The position numbers and the translations under genes were made by a program. Source: Octopus sinensis (lineage: Eukaryota). Taken from it: DNA of 64,000 nt. Each line of letters starts with the position of its first letter. Position 1 is the stretch's first letter. A model generated the notes under the pieces. The model saw only the letters and a program-made list of their open reading frames with translations. It made no database searches and was not told the DNA's origin. Positions 39,900-55,749 of this stretch are shown here, in pieces. The stretch lies in assembly GCF_006345805.1 (NCBI RefSeq), contig NC_042997.1:102176001-102240000 (forward strand), given 5' to 3'.

Positions 39900-40800
39900 T
39901 CATACGTCAACAGAGTTCGAAACTGCAAATAGTGCTTAACTGAAAAGTTCCACCTTCTAAAGAAGCTGGCGAAAATTAGAGACGTTGTCTGGTTGTCGAC
40001 ATCAAAAATAATTTCTCTGGTTAGCTTCTATGTATCTGAAATGATACAGCTTACTGAGGTGATGATTCATGTTGAGTAGCTGCCCATTGACGATTTAAAA
40101 TCTGGACTGGGTACTTTCTCTAATACCTCAGACGAAGATCACCCACCACCTGACCTACGTTGACCAATTAGAATCGTCCTTGTCAGTTCTCTGCCAATAC
40201 ACCGAATCATTCGGCAAAATATTTCCTGAATAAGCATACATGCACCCATATATATATATATATATATATATAAATTCTGTGTAATACAAAGGTCTTCCCC
40301 AACGACGGTCATTTCAATGCAAATGTTATCGCCCTTATTCCTCACTAGTCTTCAACATCCTGATATTGTCTACATGCAACCTAGGCAATTCGCATTAAAT
40401 CTACAGTGATTCTATAAACAGAGACTTTGAAAACATTCGTCAATGGAATCATTTCGGTCTTGAGAAGAGACAGTCACTACGCACTTTAAGAAAATGTTAT
40501 CATACACTTCTAAACCTGAACAGCTCGCAACTGTAACCATCAGATCACTACCATTGCTAAGTCTCACCGACGATGGGGATCTCCTATGGTGATTATACTT
40601 TTTCAGCATAATAAATACTACATTATAAAGAATAGCCTTCTCTTCACAGAAAATAGTTAATCTTCCAAGAACAGTTAATCTTCTACGATGCTCAGATGAA
40701 ACCGGCAATAAAAGACCCGTTCTACATGCAGACATCTTTAACGATATCCAAATAGTTACCTCATTGGCATGAAGTCGCTTACTAACACACTCAAACCTTT
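39900..40800 (-). mobile_element. Possible highly decayed L1/Tx1-type LINE RT fragment
   Basis: Weak resemblance only (LLLPVSSEHRRRL cf. LALEPLLRRL; VTVSSQDRNDSI after the expected YADD position; RRSGG). Confidence 0.25.
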
Positions 40801-42683
40801 GGTCGATAAATGTGCTGGCTCTTCTCTCAACATTTTCTATCGCTACTACAATAACTTCTTAAGCAAACACTTTTCATAACAACAAATACCACAAAACCTT
40901 AAAAACAACAACATGAAGCTTAGTTACAACTGCTTATAAAATACAGCCTCCTCCCAAACATCTCACCATAATCAAAAACCCAGAAATTATTCCCCACTCC
41001 AACAACATGAAAGCAACAACAGAAATAAACCTATGCACTCAGTGGAAAATGATTGTTAAAGACGCTTATTTACAAAGCTATTGTAAGAGCAGATGGCATT
41101 GATATTACCTACGCATTGCTAGCAGAGAACACATTCTAAACACGGTACACATATCACATGCATTTCATTAGAGCCAGAGACAGAATCAATTCATCATCAT
41201 TATCCCAATATGTCTGAAAGCACAAAAATATAAGAATCGGTGATATTTCAATAAAATAGAGTATTGTCAAAATAGCTATACCATAAATAAAGAAGAGCTT
41301 AGAAAAAATACTAATAAAAAATAATAGTTGCAGATAATACCGTCAACAGAAGAGAGATGAGATTCTCTACATGCTCTTACAAAAAAGAAAAGAAAAAGAA
41401 AATACCCCCAGAGAATTTGAAATAAATAATATTATTTAATATAAATTATTTAGAATAATTCCCCTTAACTCTAGTAAATTATTATATAAATTTGTAAGGT
41501 AAGAACAATTATGTAAACTTGTAGAGTTGTCCTTATAGGAACAATGTGAATACAGAGTCATACCTCTGAAACCGTTCCAATACGTAATAGGATATGCCAC
41601 CGTCAAACTACATTACATGGTGTTGCCAATGAAAAATAACTTATCGACCACTCAACATAGTAACTTCCTGTAGAGCCATATGTGCAATTCATTTCCTTTA
41701 GAACCTTGAAAGATCGCATTGAGCAAGAAGGTTTAATTAGGGACAAAGTGAACCACCAGTATCGCACGTTTTGTTTGCTATACTTTTCTGATCGTGACAT
41801 CTTTCTTTTACTAACGATTAACACATAATTAGGAAACCTTTCATTTCTTCAGAGGTGATAAAAGTAACTACTCGTTCATTAATATAGTGAAAGTCAATTC
41901 AATCGGCTAATACTCATGCTCCATAAATTTGTGGCCTTATGCCAATATTAGAAATCAATATTATTAGCAATCTTCGTTTTATTTTATTTTTCCATCCAAC
42001 TGAATACTGATGCATTGTGATATGTTGTTTTGTTTGGTCTTCCTTTCGAGCAAGAACGACATTGATCGATAATACATCACGTTAAATATATTATTATATA
42101 TTAATAGGATTGGCAGAATCGGTAGAGTGACGGACAAAAGCCTTGTATTTAGTTGCGTATTCTTATGTATTAAGTTCAAAACTCGCTGAGTTTAACATAG
42201 TCATTCAATCTTCTTTGATCGATAAAATAAGTACCAGTTGAATACTATAGACAATCTAACTGACTATAACCCTGTCTCACATTTGAGGCCTTGGATCAAT
42301 GTATGAAATTGTTAGTCCTTCAATCACCATTTACCAAACTAAATCCACAAAACTGGTTTTGAAAACAGACTATATTCATAATTTTTCGGCCAGAATGTTT
42401 TCAATTTGCTTTAATGTAAATAACTTCCTTAATTTCTACTCAATTACTGTTGTTATGAGTTATCATCGTAACAGGAATTTTACACAGGCTTTTCCAAATT
42501 GTACTCTACTTACCTACGCTCTAAGCTCCATTATCAAATGAACGCTTTTGTTTATTTGCTTTTATTTTCAAGAGAGATCTATTATGTAATGGAAGCGTTT
42601 CTAATCATATTATAGAACTAAACATTACAAATCGATCAGATATGTGACCAGACGAATCTATTTTCTATTTATACAACGATTTC

Positions 42684-43243
<560 letters not shown>

Positions 43244-43524
43244 ACCATTAATTTTTACATTTATTCATTTATTTCGCAAGAATGAAAACAAACATCCCTG
43301 AATACCACCAATAAATTTAAGATAGATTAATTATACAACATGAACTTTCGAACGTGAACTATTGATTGCAATCAAGCCTAATGACTATTGATCAAAATAA
43401 ATTTGTCTTATGTTGAAATTTTTAATCAGACAAAGAGAATCGAAGAAGTTAAAAAGTTCACGTTAATTAATTAATTTATTAATTAATTAAAATAAACTTT
43501 AATTTGACTTGTTATACTTGGCAA

Positions 43525-43850
43525 TATTGGTTTCAAATTTTGGCACAAGGCTAGCAATTTCAATGAAGAGGTTAAGTCGATTACATTGACTCCACTGCTC
43601 AACAGGTACTTATTTTATCGATGCCGAATGGATGAAAGGCAAGTTCAACTCCGGCAGAATTTGAATTCGGAACATAAAGTCGGAAGAAATGCTGTAACAA
43701 TTCTTCCCGCTCACTGCCTTAATTTCAAATTTTGGTACAAAGCCTTCAGTTTCAGGGTAGGGGAAATTTGAACTCAGAATGTAATGACGGACGAAATGCC
43801 ACTAAGCATTTTGCCCAAAGTGCTAGCGATTCTTCCAGATCACCGCCCTA
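43525..43850 (-). mobile_element. SINE family A, two partial copies
   Basis: Reverse-complement tail (ggtttcaaattttggcacaagg) and B boxes. Confidence 0.75.
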
Positions 43851-43907
43851 TTCTTGATCATATTGAAATCGAGCAAAGTCACTGGTGTGGTAATATGTGG
43901 TGCCAGA

Positions 43908-44811
43908 AAGGCGGCGAGATGGCAGAATCGTTAGCACGCCGGGCGAAATGCGTAGCCGTATTTCGTCTGCCGTTACGTTGTGAGTTCAAATTCCGTCGAG
44001 GTCGACTTTGCCTTTCATCCTTTCGGGGTCGATTAAATAAGTACTAGTTACGCTCTGGGGTCGATGTAATCGACTTAATCCGTTTGTCTGTCCTTGTTTG
44101 TCCCCTCTGTGTTTAGCCCCTTGTGGGTTGTAAAGAAATAAGTATTTTGTCTGCCGTTACGTTCTGAGTTCAAATTCCGCCGAGGTCGCACTGGGGTCGA
44201 TATAATCGACTTAATCCGTGTGTCTGTCCTTGTTTGTCCTCTCTGTATTTAGCCCCTTGTGGGTAGTAAAGAAATGGGTATTTCGTCTGCCGCTGCGTTC
44301 TGAGTTCAAATTCCGCCGAGGTCGACTTTGCCTTTCATCCTTTCGGGGGTCGATTAAATAAGTACTAGTTACGCTCTGGGGTCGATGTAATCGACTTAAT
44401 CCGTGTGTCTGTCCTTGTTTGTCCTCTCTGTATTTAGCCCCTTGTGGGTAGTAAAGAAATAGGTATTTCGTCTGCCGCTGCGTTCTGAGTTCAAATTCCG
44501 CCGAGGTCGACTTTGCCTTTCATCCTTTCGGGGGTCGATTAAATAAGTACCAGTTACGCACTGGGGTCGATATAATCGACTTAATCCGTTTGTCTGTCCT
44601 TGTTTGTACTCTCTGTGTTTAGCCCCTTGTGGGTAGAAAAGAAATAGGTATTTCGTCTGTCTTTACGTTCTGAGTTCAAATTCCGCCGAGGTCAACTTTG
44701 CCTTTCATGCTTTCGAGGTCAATAAATTAAGCATCAGTTGCGTACTGAAGTCGATCTAATCGACTGGTCCCCTCCACCAAAATTGCAGGCCTTTTGCCTA
44801 GAGTAGAGAAG
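43908..44811 (+). mobile_element. SINE family A pentamer (185-bp period)
   Basis: One head, five B boxes; junction GGTA at 44277, 44462 and 44647; TSD-like aatatgtggtgccaga (43892-43907) / aatctgtggttgcaga (44812-44827). Confidence 0.92.
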
Positions 44812-44949
44812 AATCTGTGGTTGCAGAGCGTCTTGCAAACTGTTTCATATCACTTATCGTTGTTGATGGCATATAAGACGTACTATTTTCTTTAAAAGTA
44901 TTTCAAAAAATCGCCTTGGATCCTGTATGCGAAGTTGGACCTATATTCA

Positions 44950-45210
44950 GGACCAGTTAAGACCCATAGTAATCCTATGCACTTAAATATATGTTGGTGC
45001 CCACATATATATGTAATTCAAAATATAAACAATAATAAATCTTAAATTTATTTTTCGAAATGAAACAAAAGTAACGCTTCATTTATATTTTATTTATTTA
45101 TATTTGAAAAGTTTTCTTCAATTTTTTTAAATTGCGAAGTCTTTGATCAGCTTCTCAAAATTAATCTTACGTAACACATCTGCTTCCATATAAGGCATCC
45201 CGATTATTAT
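44950..45210 (-). mobile_element. hAT transposon 3' fragment
   Basis: MEADVLRKINFEKLIKDFA resembles the hAT C-terminal dimerisation region (IE.D…I.F..LI.DFA). Confidence 0.6.
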
Positions 45211-45988
45211 TTTTTTTTTGGCAAGTTTAAAGTGATTTCTTTTGTACTGTAAACCATTTACTATTTCTGTGGTGCCTTCCCTCCTCTTCCCTCGATTCCC
45301 TAAGCACGTGCTTATTTTGCTTAACGATAAATCCAGTGCTGCCTGTATTACATGGTTTAATACACTGAAAATATTCTTTATTTCCTGAATATACACTGCT
45401 GAAACTGGTGTGCAACTTAGATGCCCATGCGTTTTGTATGTCATCAAATATAGAAGAGTTATGTCCTGAATTCAGTCTAAGCCTTTCGTCAATAGATACC
45501 GCTTGATATATCTGCGTTTGATTTAAACAAATGTAGGTTGCTGTCTTTTTTTTTTTTTAAAGAAAATGCGGAATCCTAAGAATCTAGTGGTGATCGTGTC
45601 TTTTTTTTTTTTTTTTTTGGTGGCGGAGATAAATTTTTTCGTCAGAAATAAAAGAAAGAAATGTTTGTCAGCACCAGCAAACTTTGATAAATGAAGAGCA
45701 CAAGACAGATTTGTTTCTTTCTTTCTGAAACGAAAATCTGTACGAAACTAGAAATTTCTTCTTCCAACAATATACCAGCAAAGTATTTTTATACTTTACC
45801 GAATTCCACAAAATTTTCTTCCAGCCTTTTCAAGCCTGTACTTTGTATCGATGTAGCGAATCAATATTAAGTAGAAGAAACCTTGGATGCGGAGTAAGAA
45901 GAAAGATTGTCGGATTGAATATATTACGATATTTTGCAATGGTATTTCTTTATGTTCTCATTTCAAATCCTGTCCAATCAAATTTACA

Positions 45989-46138
45989 CTGTAGCGTACC
46001 TAGAGGCGGGGGGGGGGCGAGTTCATCCCAGGTAACGCTTTTATGTAGGCAGTACTTTTGGGTCTGCCGCATAAGCCTGTATAGGGAGTAGCAAATACAA
46101 GAGCTGCCCAAGTAGCCCACACTCAAGACACACCACTG
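45989..46138. mobile_element. Degenerate MITE, CAGTGGCGTA-TIR type
   Basis: CTGTAGCGTACCTAG…CAAGACACACCACTG termini; organisation like 36079-36228. Confidence 0.45.
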
Positions 46139-46596
46139 AGTCTATCTTTTTTCATTCCTGGATTGATAAAACAACGCTTTAATCAAGTACTAGGATCGAT
46201 TTAATGAACTATAACCTCTCCTCAAAATAATGTCTATACTGGAAATGCAGAAAATGTGCATAGTTCTTAACACGAAAATTGCTAGAATTATATTCCTTAA
46301 CTAAAGGAGAGGCATTCATTAATTGATAGAAACAGAGTCATGAGGAATTTCGACAATTATTTCCATATGTCTTCGCCATTTTCCAGAATTTACCTAAAAA
46401 CGAAGAAAAGAAAACACAACAGCACAACAAGCTGTAAAAACACCAAGAAGTCCTTGAAGATCAGTTGGGTGTCAATGATAATGCACTGAAAGAAAAAACA
46501 TTGACTATATTATCATCAGCACAAAAGACAAAAAAAAAACACTGTCAAATGGTGGCAGATAGAAAAACAATGAATTTTAGATTTAAAAAAAAAACA

Positions 46597-47470
46597 TCTT
46601 TTACTTGTATTAGTCATTGGATGAAGGCCATGCTGGGGTACCACCTTGAAAGATTTAGCCGAACAAATCGACCGCAGTGCATATTTTAAGTCTGGTACTT
46701 ATTCAACCGTCTTATTTGCCGAACCGCTAAGTTACGAGGGACCTAGAAAAGCACAAACATTCGTTGTCAGGTGGTGGTGAAAGACAAACATATAGTCATG
46801 CACACACATATTTTAAAAAGACCCTCTTCGGTCACGAATGACCATGGGATTACAACTTGAAAGTTCTGCGCCGAGGCACAATTCCGAGCAACGTTGTTAT
46901 GTGGAAGGCCAGCAGTCGTCCATACGTACAAGTCTCCCCTTACCACGCCACCAATGTTGTTCAAGGGAAAGGCCAACACCAATACAGCTTGGCACCAGTG
47001 ACGTTGCAACTCACTTTCACAGCTGAATGAACGTGAAATAAAGTGTCTTGCTCAAGAACACAACACACAACACGGTCTGGAAATCGATCTCACAACCTCA
47101 CAATTGTAATCCTAACGCTCTAACCACTGAGCTATGCACCTTTACACACACACACGCACACGCCTTGAATTTTTAATCGAATGAATCGCCCCCAGTACGT
47201 ATTTTTAAGCCTGGTACTTATTCAATCGGTCTCTTTTGTCAAACCGCTAAGTTTGTTAAGCGGTGGTAGGGGACAAACACAGACACAAAGACACATGCAC
47301 ACATAAATTTATATACGACGGGTTCCTTTCAATTTTCGTCTACCGAATCTATTCACAAGGTTTTGGTTGGCCCGAGGCTATAGTAGAAAACACTTGTCCA
47401 CGGTGCCACACAGTGGGACTGAACCCTAAACCATGTGGCTAGCAAGCAAGCTTCTTACCACACAGCCACG
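46597..47470 (-). mobile_element. Nested SINEs: family B copies with a family C copy (about 46820-47145)
   Basis: Family B head at about 47470; family C motif rc GTTGTGTTCTTGAGCAAGACACTT at about 47040-47065. Confidence 0.8.
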
Positions 47471-47492
47471 TCTGGGCCACAGGATATATATA

Positions 47493-47550
<58 letters not shown>

Positions 47551-47743
47551 TGTATGTGTACTTTTTCAATGTGTACAATAACACGGAAAAAATAAACAGT
47601 TACCAGGGTAACAAAAAATTCACATAAGTACCAAGGATGTAACAGCCTACTTAAAAGGTAGAAATTCTAGAGTTTAGTGAAATGTTTTTGATGACATAAA
47701 TAAAGAAATGGAGTCAAACGCGGGTGTTATTCAAATCTTTATA

Positions 47744-47830
47744 CTTCCGACATGTGTTTCGAAGAATACATTGGTATTATTCAGAGGAAATAAAATGATG
47801 TAAAACAATGTGATTTTCTCATCAAGGAAA
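47744..47830 (-). ncRNA. Type-I hammerhead motif with long stem II (C3-to-U core variant)
   Basis: Minus strand: tttcc TTGATGA GAAAATCACATTG…CAATGTATTCTTC GAAA CACATGTC GGAAG. Confidence 0.55.
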
Positions 47831-49902
47831 AAAAAAACAACATCAGTAAGCTATTTTAACCGAATGTGATGACTGCGTATCTGATGAAGGGAACGCTGGC
47901 AACTTATTTTTTTTAAACCGTTAATAGATTTAACGTTAAATGCAATTTAGAGAAAGAGAAGGAGAAAGGAAGAAAATAGCAGAAAACCAAGAGTGGAGAA
48001 ATGTATTGCGTTGGATGAATGGAATAAAGCTTAAAGGCCTGGAAATTGATATATTTAGTGGAAATGAAATGTAAGAAGACAATTAAAGGTCGAATTTTAT
48101 AGATTGGTAGAAACTACTTATAGGAACTAAAGGTATGTTTTTGCCAATATTTGCAACGATAAACGTGTTCTTTAAACGTGTTTACAAAAGAATTCTCTGA
48201 AAACAGGATGAGATAGAATTCATCGATACAGAGCGGACAAGAAGACTTATCTTTATCATATGGTAAGGACCTCGATAGAATATTCCATTCCAAATCAAAT
48301 TGTTTATTATGTTCCTTCAGAGATCAAATTAATTTACTAAGCCCAGTACTGTTGCGTTTATTGATATGACTAAATATACATATGTATACGCATATATGGG
48401 TACAGCACATCACTAACAGCAAACAACATGAAATGCGAAAGCAAATTAGTTAAATACGCAAATAACGAGAGAGAAAATAGAAAACAGGACAAGTAACACA
48501 AGTTGTCGACTGTCTATCTACTCCTCATTTCGAGCATTGAACGATAATATGAGTCTTCAAAAGCAGTTGCTCCCATAAATACCAAAACAAAATTTTGGAT
48601 TTTTGGAGGGTCAAAGTTGGGAGCAAAAACGGGACAGTGGAGACATACAAGGAAACCGAACGAAAACAAACGTTAGACCAGAACTAATGTAAACTAGCGA
48701 ACTCTGGAGAAATATTTTCTTTGAAAAGAGAAAAGATAGAAGAGAGATAGAAGACGTCCAGTCCTTAGGACGTCCTAAAGGAAAGGAAAGATGGTCACGT
48801 GAGGATAAGAAAGATAGACGATGGTCACGTGTGAACAGCGAGAGTGAGAAAAAGAGAAAGAGGGGAGAGAGAGAGATAGAAAACGGGGAAGGGGAGAAAA
48901 AGGGAATTAGAGAAGGATGGGTGTGACAACAGTACAGAGTCGCAATGCTTTCTCTTATAGCCCCGAATTCACTTACAAGGCATAGGTCAGCTCAGGGCTA
49001 TAGGAGAAAACACTATCCCAAGATACGCCACTGTATAACTGAACCCGAAACTTCGTGGCTGGAAAACGAATTTCTTAACCGCACAGTCAACTCGCCTTCA
49101 GACGGCTAAATTGCATACCATACAATACATCGTCCAGTTTTCTACCAATACTGTCCACTCTACAGCCGTTGCCGATGATACTAGTATCGATTTGTAATTT
49201 GGAGACAATGCTTCAAATGTATTGGGCAAATGTGTAGACGATCTATATTTTGTTGAAGCCGGTATGATAAAAAGTAAAGTCGACTTCAGCAGGACTTCAA
49301 CGCAGAAGCAGAATTCAATACTATGAAGTACTGTAATTCACATTGTACAATCTCTGCCAACTCACTGTCGGACTATATGCATATAAAATATTGATTGAAC
49401 CACAGTATTTTACAACTGCAGAGTATAAAGTTCTCTCTTTCCCACTCTTTCTATTATTCTGTCTCTCTTTTATTTTCTTTCTCCCTCTTCCTCAGTATAA
49501 TATGTGTGAGTGTGTGTATGTGTATGATGTGTATGTATACATTTATATCTACTTATATACACATCAGTACGTATATGATGTATACGTATGTGTATGTGTG
49601 TGTGGGTATATATATATATATATAACAACGAGGAAGGAAACCACGTAATCAATTGGCCTACAACCATTTCTGCTGTAAAATATTGTACACTCAGAGCTGA
49701 GTGCTTGTGTATCACCCAAGAGAAACAGCTGTAAGCTAATAAAGTTGATTTCGTAATTCCTGTTCCCTTGTTATTTATCAAATTTCATATCACGTCCTGA
49801 ACTGGATTAATGTGTTATGGATTCACTATGTATATTGAGCTCTAACACCAGGTTCTTATTACCGCTATACCTAATTAGAATATTAATACTCACGCGCACA
49901 TT

Positions 49903-49939
<37 letters not shown>

Positions 49940-50039
49940 GCGCTCACACATACAGACCAACATACATACATACATACATACATACATACATACATACATA
50001 CATACATACATACATACATACATACGTACGTACGTATGT

Positions 50040-50295
50040 ACGCAGTGGACTCTCCTTTAGTAGACTGCAGATAAGGTTTCCGTAATTTCTTACTGAACAA
50101 AATGCACTGATGATCAAATCGATATTGCGTGTACAAGTGTACGGTATGACATACATCAGGTGACGAAGTGATTGCAGAGCAACGTAAGATGAAGGGTTTT
50201 GTTCAAGAACACAACGCGCCGCTCAGTTTGGGAATCGAAAGTACGATATCATGATCGTGCGTGCAATACCTTAACCACAAGGTCACGTGCCCTCG
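50040..50295 (-). mobile_element. SINE family C
   Basis: Reverse complement resembles 62715-63000; GTTGTGTTCTTGAACAAAAC motif and tRNA-like head. Confidence 0.65.
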
Positions 50296-50346
50296 CATAC
50301 GTACATACATACATATATATTGTATATACATTCATGTATATACATT

Positions 50347-50401
<55 letters not shown>

Positions 50402-50789
50402 CTAACACTGCCAAAATATGAAATTTAAAAATATGTAAACTATAAAATTGTTGAGTTTTATAAGAGTTTAGAAGAACCTTGAAGTATTATATACATAATT
50501 TTTGAAATTTTATTTTTCTGAGGCATTGAGTTCTTAAGATGATATAAAGTCCTCAGGGACAGTACTGAAGAATCATTCATAGGGGAGAGCATCTTTGAAA
50601 GGATGAAATGCAAAATCAACCTCGTGGGACTTGAATTCTGAACGTAAAGACCCGAAGAAATACCGCTAAGCTTTTTGTCCCATGCACTAACGATTCATCC
50701 AGTTCGCCATCTTATCATAAAAGATCTATACTATTAATCAGATACAGCTAGAGTACGCTGAAAAAGCTTTAACGAATTTCCGTATCCTG

Positions 50790-51950
50790 CACCACAGCTT
50801 TATTTTCATATCAGGAAAGAGTGTATAAAGCTGAACGTCAAACTATAGGTCATTGCGATGGTTATGGAAACTAGAATGGATTCAAATTATGTTACCTTTT
50901 TTGGTTACGTTGAGATCCAAATCTATGCTCAGTTCACTGGTCCCATATCTAAATTTTATAGTAGCTATATCGATGATTGTATCGGTACCACTTTTCATCC
51001 ACGGTCAAACCTCCACCGTTTTCAACTCTGTCGACTCTTTCTACTCAGCCCTTGACTTCACTTCTACCATCTCCTCTTTCATCAATTTTTCTATACACTA
51101 ACAACCTAGATTACTTCCTCTCTACGCCCGTTTCTATAAACTGATCGTCTTTCACTCTTACCCCATTTTCGCCACTTCCCACTCCAACAACTCTAAGTCT
51201 AGCATCCCCTACTCAAAATTCCTAAGTTTTCACTGTCTCTGCAGTCATGATTACGACATTATGATCCGGTCTCACCTGATGGCCTCCACTTTGTGTGTTG
51301 TGGTTAGCTCCTCACTATTGTCAACATTTCCTGCATTAGTGCCCATAATGTTAATCACATCTCTATCTCTCACTCTCCACATCCACCCTACCTTTCATTA
51401 TTTATCTTTCTCATTAGATCAATGGCCGCCTCTTTTGCACAAACCCTTTGCTACCTTTGCACAGACCCTGCTACCTTCCATATATTCCACGGTCATCTTC
51501 CCTCCTTCAAATTGGCCCCTAATTTGCGTGACATTTTAGTCTGTCCTTCACTTCCTCAATACCCAACTTGGATCTTTCCTCTACTCCGGAAATCGTTGCC
51601 CTTAGAGCCCAACACTACTAATTTCTTTGGACCTAACCACCGTCCCTCCCTTATCACTCACAATTTCATTTTTACTTCTAGATAATGACATTTACTGTCT
51701 TAAATAAATGTCATTATATGATCTCTTATACGTTAGAGAACTAGGCCACGGATTAGCGAATTGCATCATCGAAACATCCGCTCAAACAACACCATATAGC
51801 CTTTGTCTACTGTTTCAACTCAACCACTTACGCTATTTTCTGACGCTCAGCCTGACGTTTTACATCATAGCTCCTCTGCTTCTCGTCATCACAAAGAACA
51901 AAAACTCATCTTCTACCTCAGACTATTCTCCCTTCATGCATGAATAGCGC
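50790..51950 (+). mobile_element. Penelope-like element fragment (RT to GIY-YIG, Neptune-like)
   Basis: METRMDSNYVTFFGYVE…SYIDDCIGT (cf. MGTKMGPSYACLFVGYVE…RYIDDCIG); SIPYSKFL; PNLRDILV; ITHNFIFTS; LLYVRELG. Confidence 0.85.
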
Positions 51951-52859
51951 AATCAGTTTCACCATACCACACTGCAGCCAACCCTTCCACACAATACCCA
52001 GTCATAACACATCACGTTTACAGACACGTCTTCCGGCCCTCATATACTAATTCTATGCAACTACACATACACAGACTGAATATACTACACACAAATTCGC
52101 AATAATGCGTAAAGACACACTAACATACATTCACCTTCACTTAAACTACTCTGCACACACACGCACACACTTCTTTTCTAAGCATAACATATTGCACACA
52201 CATCATATAAGCCGCTAATTCTAAACATCCATACAACCACATAAATTCATTACATGACACTTACACACAAGTATAACCGCTAGCTCACACGCGCACATAC
52301 TTCTGTATAACACACCGCACGCAAACACACACAGATATAATTATCTTCGTCCTCCTTCGTTACTCATTATACAATCATGACATACACATAAGCATACTAA
52401 TGATTCTACCACGAGCTGGCAGAATCACTAACGCAAAATGTTTAACGGCGTTCCTTCCGTTTAATACTGGTGGTGCCCCAGCATGGCCACAGACATTAGG
52501 CTGGAACACGGAAGAACATGAAACAATACATAAACCACACATAAGTTTACCTCACGTATATTCATCTCATATTCTCAAACATCCACGTAGGCACTACATA
52601 CCATGCTCACAAACACACAAATATACATACAGCCGGATAAACCAACTGAAAGGCTGAGAGTTACTTAGTACGGACCATTATACGGATATATGAATATACC
52701 GATACACTGATTGATTAGTAGTTTGACAGGGTGATAAATATGCATAACTGACACATACATAATGTGCTGTTACTTTAGCTTAAATAAACTGACCGCATGA
52801 TATACTTACCTCATAGTTCGATATACGGATGTACAAACTAATGAAATGTCTCACATACG

Positions 52860-54575
<1,716 letters not shown>

Positions 54576-55249
54576 TTAGAGATTACTATAGGAACAATAA
54601 GTATTGAATACTATAGTAGAAATTACCAATATTTTTAATTGACCTGTACAATTTAAATCCCCTTCCGCTGTCCACAAGGTAATCTATACACTCGATAGGA
54701 TGGGGTAGTTATGTGTTCCCCACTCGAGTCAACATTTGCCGTATTCCACACTGCTAACATAGAAAATGGGGTCGTTCCCAATCACTACTACACAATTTAC
54801 ACCAGAAATGTACATTTATGATGTATTCATTGTAACAGATACTGATGAACGAACTTAAAAAAGATCTTGAAAATAACTCTATCCTTACATTCATGATCCA
54901 ACGGAGCTCTGACAAGAATTCAGATCATACCATTACACCATTTCTAAATATAAGTATAGCAATATGAACCAACACGTATATTGGTAAACGATAATGAGGT
55001 GCAATATGCGTTGTAAAAAGATATTCTCTATCGCGGTGCTTAGTGATAGGCTGGTGATAGTGAATGTCCTCATCGACAGAAAACATCAGTAGTTAAGTCC
55101 CTTTTTAGACCAGCATGGGTATGACTTTAAACTACTTCCGGTAGTAGGACTCTGGCTCGAGAGTTCCTAGGTCTTCAGGAATGTGGAACCACCTCTCAGC
55201 CTTTATTGTTCCTGTGTCTATAAACCCGGAGTAGTTACCATTCGAGCCA

Positions 55250-55580
55250 GGGTGCGTTGAAACCATGGAATGCAGTACGGTGGATGGGAACTATTTCGTC
55301 AGATGAACTTATTGAGTCAATGATGAATATCACTAGATGTAGTGCGGATGAACAGACGTCAGACAACAGTCATCAGCCAGGATCAACTAGTTCAGCTAGC
55401 AAACTACTGCTATACTCTGTAGTTGTGGAGAGATCAGATGTGATATTTCAGCTAGAGAAAGACCAATGTGACTGAAACCCAGGCCAGGTATTCATGCCTC
55501 ATCGCCTGATCGAGCCGTCTGGCGTGGAAGATTTACATTGGTCCGGGCAAGTTTCCCGACCTTGGTAGATGGATTAGAAG
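55250..55580 (+). mobile_element. Possible RTE-type LINE 3' end
   Basis: DQLVQL…DRAVWR resembles RTE C-terminal motifs; heavily decayed. Confidence 0.3.
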
Positions 55581-55749
55581 AGCATACAAGTTTTCATTCG
55601 TTAATGAAGTCTTAAGCAATGACATCCTAAATGTAAAACAGACATTAATAATTGTTATCAAAATTCATTCGTAGACTTGGCCATACAACAATATCTGAAC
55701 AAATTCACTCACACAGTTGCAACATATATCGTCCACGAAAAAGACACAG

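Larger units (their letters stand above)
37950..41580 (+). mobile_element. Decayed Penelope-like element (RT plus C-terminal GIY-YIG, probably Naiad-type) with nested insertions
   Basis: FITLKNHKDNF…LINLSK; NNNMKLSYNC; LIYKAIV…ENTF*TRYTYH…SSSLSQYV*; decayed hammerhead-like tail at 41546-41577. Confidence 0.75.

Noticed and set aside
43908-44811. Regularly spaced repeats as a CRISPR array
   Set aside because: Whole 185-bp units repeat with no unique spacers; eukaryotic SINE; no cas genes.
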